In this document: piece by piece, positions 15,112 to 29,147 of the stretch
Layout: each line of letters starts with the position of its first letter
Position numbering within the stretch: the stretch's first letter is position 1
NCBI GenBank assembly: GCA_050230475.1
Contig: JBFLGF010000193.1
Coordinates: 1 to 64,000 of the forward strand
Direction of reading: 5' to 3'
From: Ancylonema sp.
Taxonomy: Eukaryota
Length of the DNA: 64,000 nucleotides
Notes under the pieces: model-generated
The model's database searches: none
The model's input: the letters and a program-made list of their open reading frames with translations, nothing else
Told to the model about the DNA's origin: nothing
Position numbers and translations under genes: made by a program

Positions 15112-17452
15112 ATGATAGAGCTATCAGCCCCATATTGTGTCCTAATCACACTCTGTTCCAACTCAACTTCCGCACAACTTCCACGAAGAAAATATAGTCT
15201 GACATATTGCCCGTCATTCTCTTCACCGAATGAAGCACGAAGGGCCTCTGCGGCAGCTCATGCACAAAATGCTTGCAGGCTCCAGGCATCTAAGGATGCT
15301 TTCCCCCACACAACTCCTGCATCCCCACGCCTACGAAAGCGGAAACTTAAGTGTCAAGTGGGACTACATGTAGAGGGAGAAAGCGACGGTCCGCCAGTGG
15401 ACGAAGATGTATCATTGCCCGAGGATGATGACTCTGCACGAGCGTATGTGGACTTCAACGACGGCCAGTGGTCAGGCATTTTTACTGTGAGCATTCATGT
15501 GTCTGTCGTTCAGCTCCATGTAAACACCGAACACATTAAACAAGTTAATGGACACGCCCCTTGCACCTCTAGTAACAGCTACGTCCCCATAATTCCCCGA
15601 ATTTCCTAAGTGAACCGGAGTGTACTCTGGTGGGCACAGAGATACGACTTTGCAGGAAATGTGATGCACAAGGTGGCCACACAGCTCGCTGTGGTCGCAA
15701 GAGAAGACGAGAGTGGTGCCCCCGGCCTGCAGCAAACGTGACTATCAGCCCCTTTGTACTGCCGTTGTCAATGGCTAGCTATGGGAATCAATAGTTTGTG
15801 TGATGAAGGGCTGTCACATGTTGGAGTAGTTTGCCGCTTGTTCGTAGCTTGAGAGTCCATGGAGATCTGACAGATGTCCAGAAGTCCGTGTATCTTAAGA
15901 GAAAAGAGTCATTGGTTATGCTGTTTCAGATTGAAAATCCAGCAGGCAAACAACAACGGATGGAAGGAGGAGAAACCTGAAGTTTTCTACAAAGCAGCCA
16001 TGGACAGGAAAATGCAGGTAGTATCACCCAGCAGGCCTTCACCCTATTTTGCACATGCTGCCTCCACAGATGGCAGAATGGCAGAATGATAGAATGGCAG
16101 TATGGCAGAATGACAGTATAGCAGAATGGCAGAATGTCAGAATGGCAGAATGGCACAGTGGCAGAATGGCAAAATGGCAGGATGTCAGGACTGTCTTTGA
16201 CAACAGAACATGCGGACCATATGCCAACCTTTTTGGTTGCAGTTGGGCGTATTCAAGGAGCAGCATGCGCTGGCATTGCAGCACCAGAGTGCGGAAATGC
16301 TCGACAAGGTTCTACGAGTGGGAGTTCTTGGAGAGGAAGCTCAAGGGGACGAGTTTCCAGAGTAAGATTCCCTTGCTTTTCCTTTCTCTCTATACGCTCT
16401 GTATGACTGGCAATTAGCTAGAAGGATGTAAAGGAGTCGCCTAGGATTGGTTTCACTGCCTTTCCTGCCCTAGCATTTCCAGGCACGTGCGCTCATTTTC
16501 TGATGAGAGTGGTGATGCAGAGGGGTTAAGTTGCCCTCTCGGCGACCAGCTCTTGTGGCTGAGAGTTGTCTGTACGCAGCAGATCGTGGTAGACGGATAC
16601 GAGCGTTTCATGTGCTGGATCCGCGAGGGCTGATTGACACAATTGGCATCTTCGACGAGATCAGATTCTCGTCAGATGGTGCATCCACTGCTCTTGAGAA
16701 TGAAGTGTTGGTGAGTGGTCGCACGACATGCATCCTCCTCTTCATCTATATTTTCCAAGAGGTTCAGATCTCCTCACATAAGTAGGCGCTCTGGATCTGC
16801 AAACACGGGGAGCTTGGCAAGCCAGGTTAATTTCTCGATCAATGATAATGAATTTCGAGGTGGTGCAGGGACATGTTGATGGAGACCGACTCGAACGGTT
16901 GCTAGGGAGCTGGCACGGTTTGGGTGTGGTAAACCGAAGTGGGCTTTACGGCGGAACCTCATCGGAGCAAGTCTCCAATGTGAATTACAGACTAGAGGCT
17001 GACGGCAGTCTAGTGCAGGTTCGTCAACGCTCGTTTTGTTCGACAAACTTCGAGCGATATAAACATGTTGGGAGTGGTTGTAAAATCCAATGCTTCTCGC
17101 CAAGAAATGTTACGCGGATCAGATGATGGATTTTAATAGTTCTCGCGTGTATGAACTGGTTGATTGTCGGCATGTGCAGGAACTTTGTATGAAGATCGGC
17201 GGTCAATCGCGAACAATGGCATCGAAAGGCAAAGTCAACGGGTGTTTAATCTCCTTTGACAACTTTCAGATGACTTTGCTGCCAGGAGGCATTACCATGT
17301 CCAGTCCCACCCTCGTGGCACGAGGACAGGCCTTCTACTTTGAGACGGGATTGATGGAAAGAGATGGGACACGAAGGAGACTCGTGCGCACCTACGATCC
17401 CGAAGGAATGGTTGTTTCAACAACGTTGTATACGGAAACGAAACAAAGCTAA
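15112..17452 (+). CDS. DUF3598-family protein (AT2G44760-like), probably plastid-targeted, about 7 exons
   Basis: Spliced exons give GQWSGIFT/RYDFAGNVMHKV, KLPSRRPALVAESCLY, RAFHVLDPRG, LLGSWHG..NRSGLYG and FQMTLLPGG...RRRLVRTYDPEGMVVSTTLYTETK. The start codon is uncertain. Confidence 0.8.
16070..16185 (+). repeat. Intronic tandem repeat of about 8-bp ATGGCAGA units
   Basis: About 14 degenerate copies. Confidence 0.85.
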
Positions 17453-19376
17453 AACATTACCAATTTTCGTGATCGCAAGAAGTGCCAATTTTGGCACGTG
17501 TGGACACTGGAGAGTGCAAAACTGGATTGAGTGTGAATTTTCTTGTACACACAAGCCAAGTGCTTTGGCTCTTGTAGCCCAAGTTGGCCCCGGCCTTGCT
17601 GGATTTGTGCTACACGTGACCGCACAAGGGAACACAAAAGTCAAAATGTCCGAAACGTATAGCAAAAACATTCAACCAAAGTCTGCTTTTCATGTACGGA
17701 CCGATCTTACACAACTCACTCTTCTTGTAAATGTATTGTGGGCTTTGGGTCGCATCAAAGGAATGGTAGTACCGGATTCGCTGCCAACGCATGTGTAATG
17801 AACCAATGATAAAAGAAGGTGACTATGTGGGTTTTATCCTAGTTGATCCCCAATCCTTTGATCCCCTAACCGGATCGATCATGGACAGTATCGATGGATT
17901 CGGCCCCATCCGGGTCGGCGCCTAATTAAAGAATTATGTGAGCACCGTAGGCGCCACACATGATGCCACGGATATAGAAGAACGAATCAATAAGATTAAC
18001 GAACCACCAATTTAATTACCCGCGCACCCAATAGTAAATTTTCCAAATTCCTGATTCGTATTTATTACCGCAGTGATCAGAGAAGAAAAAAAAAAAATCG
18101 GACTTTGTGGCCCGGGCTTAAAAAAAACAATTAATTATCGGGGTGACCCACTGAAGTGACCCAAGCAAACTTTATTTATTATTCCTTGACCCAAAATTAT
18201 GACCCGGGTTAATAATATATATTACACCGTGACCCGGCAAGCAAAATGACACATCCCAAAACTACGCGTAATTCTCACCGCACCTATCATGGTAATGTAA
18301 ATGCTCAGACACTCGGGTGAAAGAAGCGGAGGGAGTTGTCAGCTCTAGATTTCGCCCCACTAGCAGGTCGGCAATCGTGAACATTGTGTCTAGGACGCAG
18401 ACACTCATATTGTTAGGCTTTGTCGTTGGTCGTCATGAAAAGAGGTCAGTTAGGCAAAGAAATGTTGAAATATCAAATACAATTGGGAAAGAAGCACTAA
18501 TAAGTTCAAAACGAAAAAATGTTTTTACCTCTAGCATTAGAGGTTTTCATGACTTGGACATTAAAACAAACATTGTTTTGATGTATCTGTGTAATGGCAA
18601 GATAGAACAATCTACATAGCCTTAGTCCGACATCTTTCTTGCGCGGTCCAACATCTTTTCCACACCCTACTCCACATCACATTGCTATATTGTCCACAAC
18701 CGATGCGAGAATTTGAAAAAAGCTAAGTAATGACGATCGACTTGGTTGCTACCGGAACACGATAACATTTGGGGCGGCCGGGGTCCAACAACAGTTTTGT
18801 TTTGAGGAAAAACCGAAAAAAAACAATTTTCATGATGTTGGACCACTGAGTTGGAATTCGGAATTTATGGCGTGACCCACTTCCAACTAATTAATAATCT
18901 GATTCGACCCGACCCGCCCTCATTATTTTCCGGTTATCATGTATGGCCAATAGCATAGGCAAACCCAAACGGCAAAAATGGTAACCCTCGAAACTGTTGG
19001 ATCCGGACCCGGCCATGAACACTTGGCCGGGTTTCTCGGGTAGGGTCGGGGCGGCGGTGTACGTCATGAACGAGACATGACGACCGCGGAAGCTTACTAC
19101 GAGGTTTCGCATCCGGAGAAGAATGCCACCGTTGCGGATTGGGTAAAAGAGATGGAAAATGAAGACGATGACATGTATAAATAATAATACAAGATGTAGC
19201 CTTTTCTTTGTAGGAAAACAGATGATGATCCTTTGTAATATCGAAGGGGAAAAAACCCCATCAAGAATTGATTTTGTTTTCACAATGAGATGATGTGATG
19301 GAAGAATGGTTTGAATGAACTTTGCAAATAGACTAGGTGAAGAAGGTTGAAAGAAATGATTAAAAGACAAATGAGC

Positions 19377-19894
19377 TACTGTGTACTGCCATACATAATG
19401 ACCCGGATTTTTTAAAACGAATTAATTTAGCTAAGAAACCACCACTTGACCCAACCCGCGCACCCGATAGAAATTTCCCAAAAATCCTGCAAAACATTTA
19501 TTATCTGGAAGCCCACATAATAGAATGACCCACTTTTTTAAAATAATGAATTGTTTCATTTGACCCGACCTACCCTTTTCATAATTATTTGAGGACCAAT
19601 ATGTGTGGCCAGAACAATAGTGGGGAAAATAAAATAAAAATGTATACATGATAATACGTGATAATAGAGAACTCGTGATAATAGAGTAAATGGCCGAAAA
19701 AAAGCATATGACTTACTTACTTACTTACATACGAATTACTTACATATTCTATAATGTGGGTCACGAGATAACAAATATTTTTCAGAATTTTTGTAAAATT
19801 TCTTTTGGGTGCGCGGGTTGGGTCAAATGGTGGTTTATCATTTAAATTAATTCGATTTTAAAAACCCGGGTCATTATGTATGGCCACTACGGTA
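19377..19894. mobile_element. Tc1/mariner (pogo-like) MITE family; related copies at ~20023-20231, 29031-32727 and 61422-61646
   Basis: Terminal inverted repeats of type CCGTAGTGGCCAnAnATAATGACCCG flanked by TA, with shared internal TTGACCCAACCCGCGCACCC motifs. Confidence 0.7.
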
Positions 19895-20707
19895 TTCATA
19901 ATGAATTAGGGGTTAGTGTGTGTGGTCAGTAACGTCTGGTAGTTTTGTCGAGCCTTACTGAGTCACAACAAAAACGGGTATTTCGAGTTGATGCGAGGTA
20001 AATATGTATGTATAACCTTTGAATACTGTCGTGGCCACACATAAAGAACCACCATTTGACCCAACCCCCGCACCCAATATAAAAGTTCCCAAACTCTTGA
20101 AAAGTATTTATTATGTGGTAACGCAGAGTATCGAATGACCCACTTTTTGCAACCCAAAAAAAAAAAAAAAGGTTTGACCCACCCTTCAAAAAATGTCATT
20201 ATTTAATAATCTTTTCGTGGCCATTCCGGTACATGACTTTTCCGGTTGAAAACATTGGAGGAATAAGTCCAGTTTGACCTACCAAAAATTGATATTAATT
20301 CACCCCATAAAATCACAAGTAAGCTTTCTTGTCCTACAAACATATAACACCACCAACTCGTCCAACATCACCAGTTGGTATTGACACTCGATGACCACCT
20401 CCAAATGTACACCCTCCCTTTCACGTCCCATTGGTTCCTTCGTGGGCCCTCTATGCACTACATTACGAAAACCACATTATCTCCATGATACATTTGTAGC
20501 CTGAAATGAAATACAAACAAAAGGAAGAAAACAAAAAGTATACACAAATCAGGCCCTAATTCACTCCGCATACACGAGGTCGACCTTGTTGTTGTAGCCC
20601 AATAAAAGCTCTTCATCCACGAATTGTGCCGCATCGTAATTCGCACCCCATCACATGCCGTAGCAGATGACGTACAAAAAGCGGAAAACGTAGAAGACGC
20701 AGGAAAC

Positions 20708-23700
20708 TCAAAACATGGTGGTCCACCCAGAGGCCGCAATCATTGCGCTCTTTTGCCACATCATCTTTGCAGCGCCCCCATCTTGGGCGCAAGAAAAGTG
20801 TGGCGAAAACCCTTTCACGACCTTGTCCGCTGCGGCAAACACGTTCCGACCAAACTCGACCTCCGCACACCCCACCCTCTCCAACCTCTTCCTCCAGTTC
20901 CCCAACCGCTCCGCCCGCACCGTCCTCTCCAACCCCTCACACGCGACCACGTTGAGAATGTCGCGGCCGATGTACTCGCGTTCGAAAATCTCGCGGGTTC
21001 GCACGGGGGCCTTGGATTGGTGTTGGGAGTCGAAGCTCGTGAGCCAGAATCGGAGGATTTCCTTGAAGCGCTCCATGAAGAAGAGGCCGTTTGTGTCCAC
21101 GTCGTGCTCCAAGAGGAGGAAGAGGTTCGGACGCAGCTGTCGCAGCACCTACACGAGGAGGAGACGAACAGAAGAAGAGTGTGTGAACAACACGGCGCTT
21201 GTCCGGGTCTACACACCTTCGGATAGGCACTTTCTGGAACAGTTTGGGACTCCAAACACTTTCACTACTGCTCTCCCGCGTAGTGCCTTCCAGATATAAA
21301 ACAGCTCGCGGGGTGCATCCACCCCTGATTACTCCCTTCTACCCTCCCCACCATTCCATATCTCCTTGTCCGTTCTAACGCCACAACAAGATCATGTCCC
21401 TCCTCCCCCTCCCCTACCCCTCCCATCCCCACAACTCCCACCTATCCTCCCAGCTTGCAATCACCAATCCCTCCCACAAACAAAAAAACCCTTTTTACTC
21501 TCCTGTGTACTTACTCCCTCCCCCCCCCCCCCCCCCCCCGCCAGACCCCCTCACCTGCAGAAACGAGTCCCTCGGATTGGCCCTCACCACCGTCGCATCA
21601 AACAGCGTGTTGAGTGTCATGGCGGCGCACACCACCAACACCTCCCCCGCCGTCCTCCGCACCTGACCCGGCCTCAACCTCTCCAGCCCCCCCACCTCCA
21701 CGGCCTCGTACTCAAACTCCACCCCCACCGCAGCCGCCCTCCCCTCCAGCTCCCTACGCACGTCGCTGCCCTTGGGGCGACAGGCGCCCTTGATCGGGTT
21801 CGCGAGCCAGGGGGCCTGCAAGAGGGTCAGTCTCACCGTGGGGGGCCCCCCCGGCCGCTTGCTCAGTTTCCAGAGGAGGGTGCACCCCAGGTTTGCGTGC
21901 CAGCTGTTGATGTCAACGATGTGGAGACGCGTGGCGGAGCGGGAGGCGTCCAGGATCTGCGTGAGGAGGACCTCGTGGCAGAAGGGGAGGTAGGGCATGG
22001 CGCCGCTGCACTTGCCAAAGCCTTCCAGCATTTCCTGGGGGAGGGGAGGAGGGGAGACAGGAGGGGGAGGAAAGGCATTGGGGACTGGTTTTTTTTTTTT
22101 TTTTTTTTTTTTTTCCTGGGGTCCATCATTGCAAGGAACGAAGCCTTAAAAGCAGGAAAGAGGGGCAGCACTGAAGGCCAAGATGTACCAGAGAGCAGAT
22201 GATCCGTTATAGCTATTCTAAGTACTAAAAAGGGGGGGGGGGGGGGGGAGGGCGGAAACAAAAACAAAACGAAACAGAGCTACAAACCAAGCCGTGTGAA
22301 TACGAGGAACGAGTTCCGGATTGCCTCCTACCTCTCTCGCCCCCCTGAACGGCTCGTTGTACCTCTGGCTTCCCGTCCCCTCCGCCCGCGCATGCAGGGC
22401 TTGCATGAAGTAGTGAACCGTTTTCTGCATCGGTCACCCGCAGGGATCCGCATGACGCTGAAGCATCCCGTGGAGAAAGCGGACCTTGGCCTGAATCAGA
22501 AAAATAAACATAGTATGAACATTTGAACAACTGCCGATCAATCAGCACCCCGATCTTCCACCCGTCCCTGGCCCCATTCCAGCCCCCCCATCCCTTTCAG
22601 AGCAGCCTCTATGCACCCCCTGCCAGCCTCAAACTTAACACCAACCTCCCGGCCTCCCAGCCCCCCAGCCCCCTGGCCTCGATTGCCTGTCCATTCACGG
22701 TACCCCCACCTGCCCACCCCCCTCCCAACCCTACCCTCCGCTGTTTTCACCTGATCATCGGTGGCCATGGCCTCCGCATACGCCACCAGCTGCACCCCCA
22801 ACTGCTCGGGTCGCACATCCCTCTGCATCGCGCCCACCGCGCCCCTGGCGAGCATGAGGTCCATGGAAGGACACGGGGCGGACGACGGGATCATCACACT
22901 TGACGGCCGTACAGTCCCGTCGAGGGCCACTAGACGACGGACACGTGGCGCCCTCATCTTCTTCTGGCTGGCCTCCGTTCCGGCCTTGATCTTCCCCTCC
23001 TTCCCCGCCCGCAACGCCAGCGGCCGCGATTTGTGGTTGGGGGGCAGGGGGCGCGTGGTGGAGGTCGACAGCGAGCTCTGTAACACCGTGCGCGCGGAGA
23101 AGGGCTCGGGCGGGACGAGGTTGCCGACGAGGGCGGCCAGCCGCGCGGACATGTCTAACGGCCGGGATGCCCCGTCGGCGACGGTTATCACCTTCCCGCT
23201 GGACCGGGTGTCCAACGACCCCGAATCCGACGCGCTTTTTGGCATCCCCCCCGACTCATAACTGCCCTCCGAGGATCCGGACCGCAAAAGACGCGAGGTC
23301 TGGCACTCCACGCAACCGCAATCCTCGTGCTTGTCTTCGTTCTCGTATCCCTTGGCAGGACGCAGAGAAACAGAGTTCTCCGACCTGAAACGTACGAGCG
23401 TCTTCTCGTCGCCTGGCAGGTCGGCACTCAAGGGCGAATCCGACGGTATGGAGTTCATCCACGTGTCCGGGCGACCGTAGATCGTCTGTGGTGCGTAGTC
23501 GGCCCAGGCACTCATATCCATGCCATCGGACAAAGGAGTTTCCGTGTCAAGAGGGGTCGGGGAACCGGCCAGGCTGCAGCCGGAGCCTGAACCGGAATGT
23601 GAAGTCAGTACAAGGTCGGGCACCTGCGCTCCCCCTTTATCACCTCGCGGGCCATGGCTGCTTGGAGGAGAGGTAGACGCCTGCCTGTCATGGCTCTGTT

Positions 23701-24613
23701 TTAACGACACGTGTACTTGTGGGAGGGCGATGAGAGGTTCTGGTTGGCGATACGGAAGACCGGGGTGAAGGCCTTCGAAGTCAGAAAAACTAAACACATT
23801 CTCCGCAGTTTCTCGAGCTTCGCCAGAAAAGTTTCCCAACAGGGAGTCTACGTTGGTGCCTCCAAAAAGCGCATCATCCCCCACATTCCCGCACTCTAAG
23901 TCCCCATTCCAGTTGAAATAGGAGTCGCGGGCTTCTGTGCTCGGGGGGGGAGGGTATAAAGGGATGAGGTTTGGAACGGGCCAAGATGGAGTGACCACCT
24001 CCAATCTATCTCCATAAGGTGACATACCATGCTTCGAGACATGACGACCAGAGGCAACTTCTTTGTGGAAATGACCGGGCATCATTCTCCTGCAAAATAA
24101 ATAACAAAAAAAAACAATGTTCGCTCTCCATCTCAGGACATTCTGAAAGAACATCCAAACCTGTCTTACATTCATTTACGTCAGCGCCAAGACTGCAAGG
24201 ACCATTTCATATGAAACTGAGACACCCAATGGCATACATTAGAACCACGTATGTCTTTTAGGAAAGCAGCCAAGCAGTCGCTACTGCAACGACATCATAT
24301 CTACAGTCGCTCCAACCATGCAACAACGAAGCTAAGGATCAATTTGATGCAGTACGGGACCGCACCTGTACTGCTCCGTCATATCAGGTACCAAAGCACT
24401 CCCATTCTGATCTGCTGCAAATGTATTTAACATTTCTTCTTCTGTCAGGTCGAAGTCATCGTCTGAGAGAGGCATCATGGAAGAACGAATCGACGAAGGG
24501 ACCGCCGCCGGAAGATCAGCCACGGTCATAGCCGACATCCGGACAATCGGGATGACGGAGCAGGCGGTTCCAACTGTGTCGGCTTCAATTAATCTACTTG
24601 GTGATGCCCGCAT
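20708..24613 (-). CDS. GRAS family transcription factor, at least 5 exons, with an in-frame TGA at 22434-22436
   Basis: Exons ~24366-24613, 22751-24089, 22332-22490, 21555-22034 and 20708-21148. Motifs: LHR I (LVAYAEAM...PMQKTVHYFMQALHAR), VHIID-like LHIVD, RPGGPPTVRLT, PFYRE-like FMERFKEILRFW, NVVACEGLER and SAW-like IAASGW. The 5' end is uncertain. Confidence 0.88.
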
Positions 24614-27600
24614 ACACTGCGCTACCGCAAAGACTCCCCTCTTCTTCAGTACTACGCGAAATGCGCATCGGTCACATTCATTAACTTCTCTGTAGGTCGA
24701 AGCATGTCTTCAAATCGATATTCCTTTCCTTCGTAAGCTATGCGCCAGTCCTTGCTTAAATCATGAGCAAGGTGAGGAGGGTACAAAAGTGCTGGTCGAT
24801 GTCGAAACGATCGCACTTTTCCAGCTCAGCTGTAAAAAGTACCCCGGATTCTGCGAGGACCCGAATCGTACACCAGTACGGTATTTCGCTCGTTTTTCGA
24901 TACGTCTACCACTTGGTGCAATGCCAGTCGTCGATCCAACATCTTGCCAAAATATATTTTTCGATTGCCAGGTGTACATCGTCTGGTTCCTTCACTCTGT
25001 ACGGTAGATGCTATCGTGATAATCAACGCCGCTGCCCAACGCCGTCTTCGCCGTACCCGTCAAAAGGAGTTGCGTGGGAGTCGAAAAATTTCACGAGTTC
25101 CGTGTAGTTGAGGGCTGGCCCGCTTTCACCAGATAACACCCAAATACTGACGTCACTATCTGGTCTGAAGGACGCCACGAAGCTTCACTTCACAATTTGA
25201 CACTTTTTGATAACATCATCGGCGGCATCGGCGGGAGTGCAGTTGTTGATCGGCGAGCGCATGAATGGATGGGCGCATGAGCTCATGTTCGCATTTTGCA
25301 GGATCATGCACATGAGCGCAGATCATCAAAATCCCTTCACCTTTTTGTCAGGAGATGTCAGGGCGTTGTTAGAACTCCAGTGTCAGGACTGCTGACAGAG
25401 GAGTCTTGTGAGGAGAGGACATGCTTCGAAGTGTAGGGGTCATGTTGTCTGGCAGTTCGGCGATGGGAAACCAGCTGCTCGTAAAACCGCAGCCAGGATG
25501 CTCGCCTTGTGCGAAAGTAAAAATAATTATTTTGAGCACTGTTCGAAACCGGATTCCGTATTTTGGTCTGCTTCAGTATTTTGTATGATTCCCCGTCATT
25601 TTATCCCGCTGTTTTTTTTTTTGCGTGTCTGTCACCTCTTCCTATGCTCGTTCTCGTTTTTGTCGGTATTATCGCACTTTTTGTAAAGGCGGACCTTGAC
25701 CCTCCTGCCTCCCCCGAGGGGGTTCAGCGATTCGACTGGTAGGAAGAGAGCTGAAAAGGTCGACGCAATCTGTGGAAAGCTGTTGTTTTGGTTCAGGCCC
25801 AACAGGACGAGACAAATATTCTTTAAGAGCAGCTCAGGGCCCAGCCCTAAGACCCGACATTCCCCAGACTCTACTCTCACACTTCGCACCTCACGACTCA
25901 CACTTTCACCTCTGAAAGTAATCCTTTGTCGTTACCTCTGCTGAGGAACTCAGCTTTTCCTTTGTGTATGGAGAACCTCGACATCTGCATGATAAAAAAT
26001 ATTCATATGAATTTAGTCTGGTGTTGCGAGTTCACAGAGAGAACGCGTGCTCTAGAATCATCATGCTTTTTGTGAAGGGTCCTTCGGGGACAATGGAAAT
26101 ATGCGATGAAGGAACGTTCCTGCTGTGATTTTCTCCACAGCAGTCACCCAAGAGTCCTATATCACAAAACAGTTTTCACGTTTGCACGGCATCCTGGGTG
26201 AGAGCCGTAGAGATTTCCACGCCCCGAAAGGATATGTCAGTCCTTCTCTCGGAACTCGTACTAATGACAAACCTTGTGGATGCCCGCGACCAGTCCGAGG
26301 CCGCCACAAAGCCACGGCTGAAGCTCGCGCAGCCCAGGAGAGTCACCGGGTAGACCCCTCCAACTACATCCATGTTTGTGTTCCCGAGGCTATGCAATTT
26401 GAGGGGTATTCTGTACGGAGCTAGCTTCCAACACGCACACACGCGGACCTCGACTGAATGCTTCCTGAATGTTTCCCTGCAAAGGAAGGCGATTTGAAAA
26501 GTGAACCCCCTCATCCGGTGCCCCGTCCTTTGGCCATCCTTGGACAGCTGATGCACAGCTGTCCAAAGGGACAGCAGTGGACGGAAGTCAGCGGCTCACG
26601 TCTGTTTGAAACTGACCTCAGAGTTGTAGGGAGGTGGGGGGTGGTACGTGCAGCCCAGATGGTGGGCTCATACATGGCGGGCTCATAGATGGTGGGATGA
26701 TAAGGAGGGGGGCAGAGAAAAGTAGACATTGTGGACCCCTTTCCTTAGTCCCACTGGACAGTGAGGTGGAACAGCTAGTGGAGGTGCTCACTCGGCTCAA
26801 TGCGCTCACTGGGCTCAGAGGGCGTTGGGTCAGCGCTGGGGAGGGGGGGGGAAGTTGGGGAAAGGAAGAGGTGTGGAGGAGAATGGGGGAAGGCACCCCG
26901 ATGGGAGGAAAGAGCTGGGTGAGGGAGGGGGGTAGATTTGTGGTACAGGTAGGCGTGGGGGTGTTGGCAGGAGGGGAGGTGGAGGGGAGGAGGAGAGGGG
27001 AGGTGGGGTGGAGGCGGCTCTGAGAGTTGTGGCACGCGCTGCCTCTCAAGGTACTCTCAGCTTTGTGGTTTGTGCTCCATGGGGCTTGTGGGGAGCAAGG
27101 GGGAAGTGGAGCTCATTGGGGGAGGAGGGAGGGGAGTGGCTCTTACACTCCAGTGCGGCAAAAAAGGGGCGGACTAGTTTGGGTCTTGGAAGACCTTGGT
27201 GGAAAGGGAGGAGGGGGTACGGAGTAGGCGTAGGAGGGGGATGTGGCAGGAGGAAATGGGGCGGATGTGAACAATAAGTGGTGCTTGGGGGGGATTGCGG
27301 AATTTGGGGGACACCGAGAGAGAGGAGGAGGTGGATTTGGAAGCGCCTCCAAAAAGCGATTCATGCCTTGACCATTAGCTTATTGCCTTGACGAATTTCG
27401 ACACAATTTGATGCAGGTGGGGTGCCATGGGGTAAAGCTGCAATGCGAGCTTACTTTTTAGGGGTGGAGTTGGGGGTCAGTTGAGGCACTTCGAAAGGGA
27501 AGGGGATTGGTCGTGGGTAGGGAGAAGAGGAAGGACAGACAAAGGGCCAAATGTGGTGCGTCTCTTCTTCTTGAGCTACCTTCTGAACTGTGTGGAATTT

Positions 27601-27619
27601 TGGGGGTCTTGTGGTTGTG

Positions 27620-28160
27620 AGTGTGCATGGATGTGTGTATGTGTGTATGTGTGTATGAATGTATGTATGTATGTATGTATATCTTCTTCCGTTTATGCAT
27701 TCATGTATATAAATGGTTGTGCTTGACATAATCATGTATGTACGTTTATTGTTTGAATCTGTGCATTGAATATATGTAGTCATTAATGTATGCATGTTCG
27801 TGTGCCGTCGGTCAACAGGCTTATGTGCATGCATGCATTCATGTATGTATGCATATTCGCACGAATACATACACTCTCAAGCAGAGGCATAAATTTATAG
27901 AAACAAACGAACGTACATACACACATACACAAACACGCATATATATGTCCACGCATATCTAGACACATTGAACCAAAGACGTTAATACGCACTGTACATA
28001 CAAGTCAAATATAAACACATGCAATAGTACTCACACATACATACGTTTATTCTAATGTACTTACAGTTGTACATACATCTTAAACACGTACAATCGTACT
28101 TACAGATACATCCATACATACATAAATACATAAAGAGAGAGATATATATGCGAGTGCGAT
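27620..28160. repeat. Low-complexity TATG/CATA-rich region
   Basis: Degenerate (TATG)n/(TG)n followed by (CATA)n/(CA)n. Confidence 0.6.
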
Positions 28161-29147
28161 ATGCGAGTGGGATCATTGACCAGGCTTGAAGAGTCCTACT
28201 GTGCTTTCGTCCCCTCATTTTCAGATTTTGGTTTTCATTCAAAGTTTGGTTCTTGTTCCCAAGCCCTACTCAAGGTTGCACCGGGACGGAGCCCGTTTTC
28301 CGTACGGCACGTTTTCCAGACGGGGCCGAGAGCAATCTGCCGGCCCTCGCAAATGCAAATGTCGTACGGATCGCTCGCAAACGTCCGGAATACGGCCGTG
28401 AAATGCGGCAAACGGGTACGGACTGAACGGATGCAAACGTTTGCGCTTGCCAACGTTTGCGTCCGAACATTCCGTACATGTCCGTACTAATGACTCCGGA
28501 TTTTCTAAAAAACAGGTAAATTTGGTCGTGAATGTGTACAGCATCTACCGACAACACGGGATTCGGACGGCATCGGGGGATGGGACGGGGTCGTGAACAA
28601 CGCTCACCCGTCAGATGCTAGATATTTCAGAAAACTGAAAGATTATGTCTCACAGAATCTATGATGGAACGGGAGACGGGCTAGGGGCCAAGATACGATG
28701 ATAGAACGGGAGACACGACAAAGTAGGGACGTGCTACAAGACAAAACGATGGGGAGAGGGAAAACACGGGGGAAATGTAATGATGACATAAACGGGGATA
28801 CAACAAACTGAGAGGGACAAATTGGGGGTACGACAAAAGAGAAAGTCCGCCGGATGTAATGGGTTTACGGTTTAGCCGGGAACGGGCCTATCTAGGGTCA
28901 TTATGTGTGGCCAGTACGATAATCACCTCTAGAGCTTGAATATTGGAAGATCCGAGTTGGTTCGTCTTAAAATTGGAAAAGGAATCTTAGAAGACTTCTA
29001 CTTACAGGCTGGACTCCTCGGAGTAGTATACCGTACTGGCCACACATAATGACGCGCAAATAATTATGAGAAGGGTGGGTCGGGTCAAATTAAATCATTC
29101 GATTTTTTCAAAAGTGGGTCATTCTATAATGTGGGTCCCATTCTATC

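Noticed and set aside
25200..27400. Possible additional gene or 5' GRAS exons
   Set aside because: GC-rich ORFs with no recognisable protein motif; no convincing spliced model could be built by eye.
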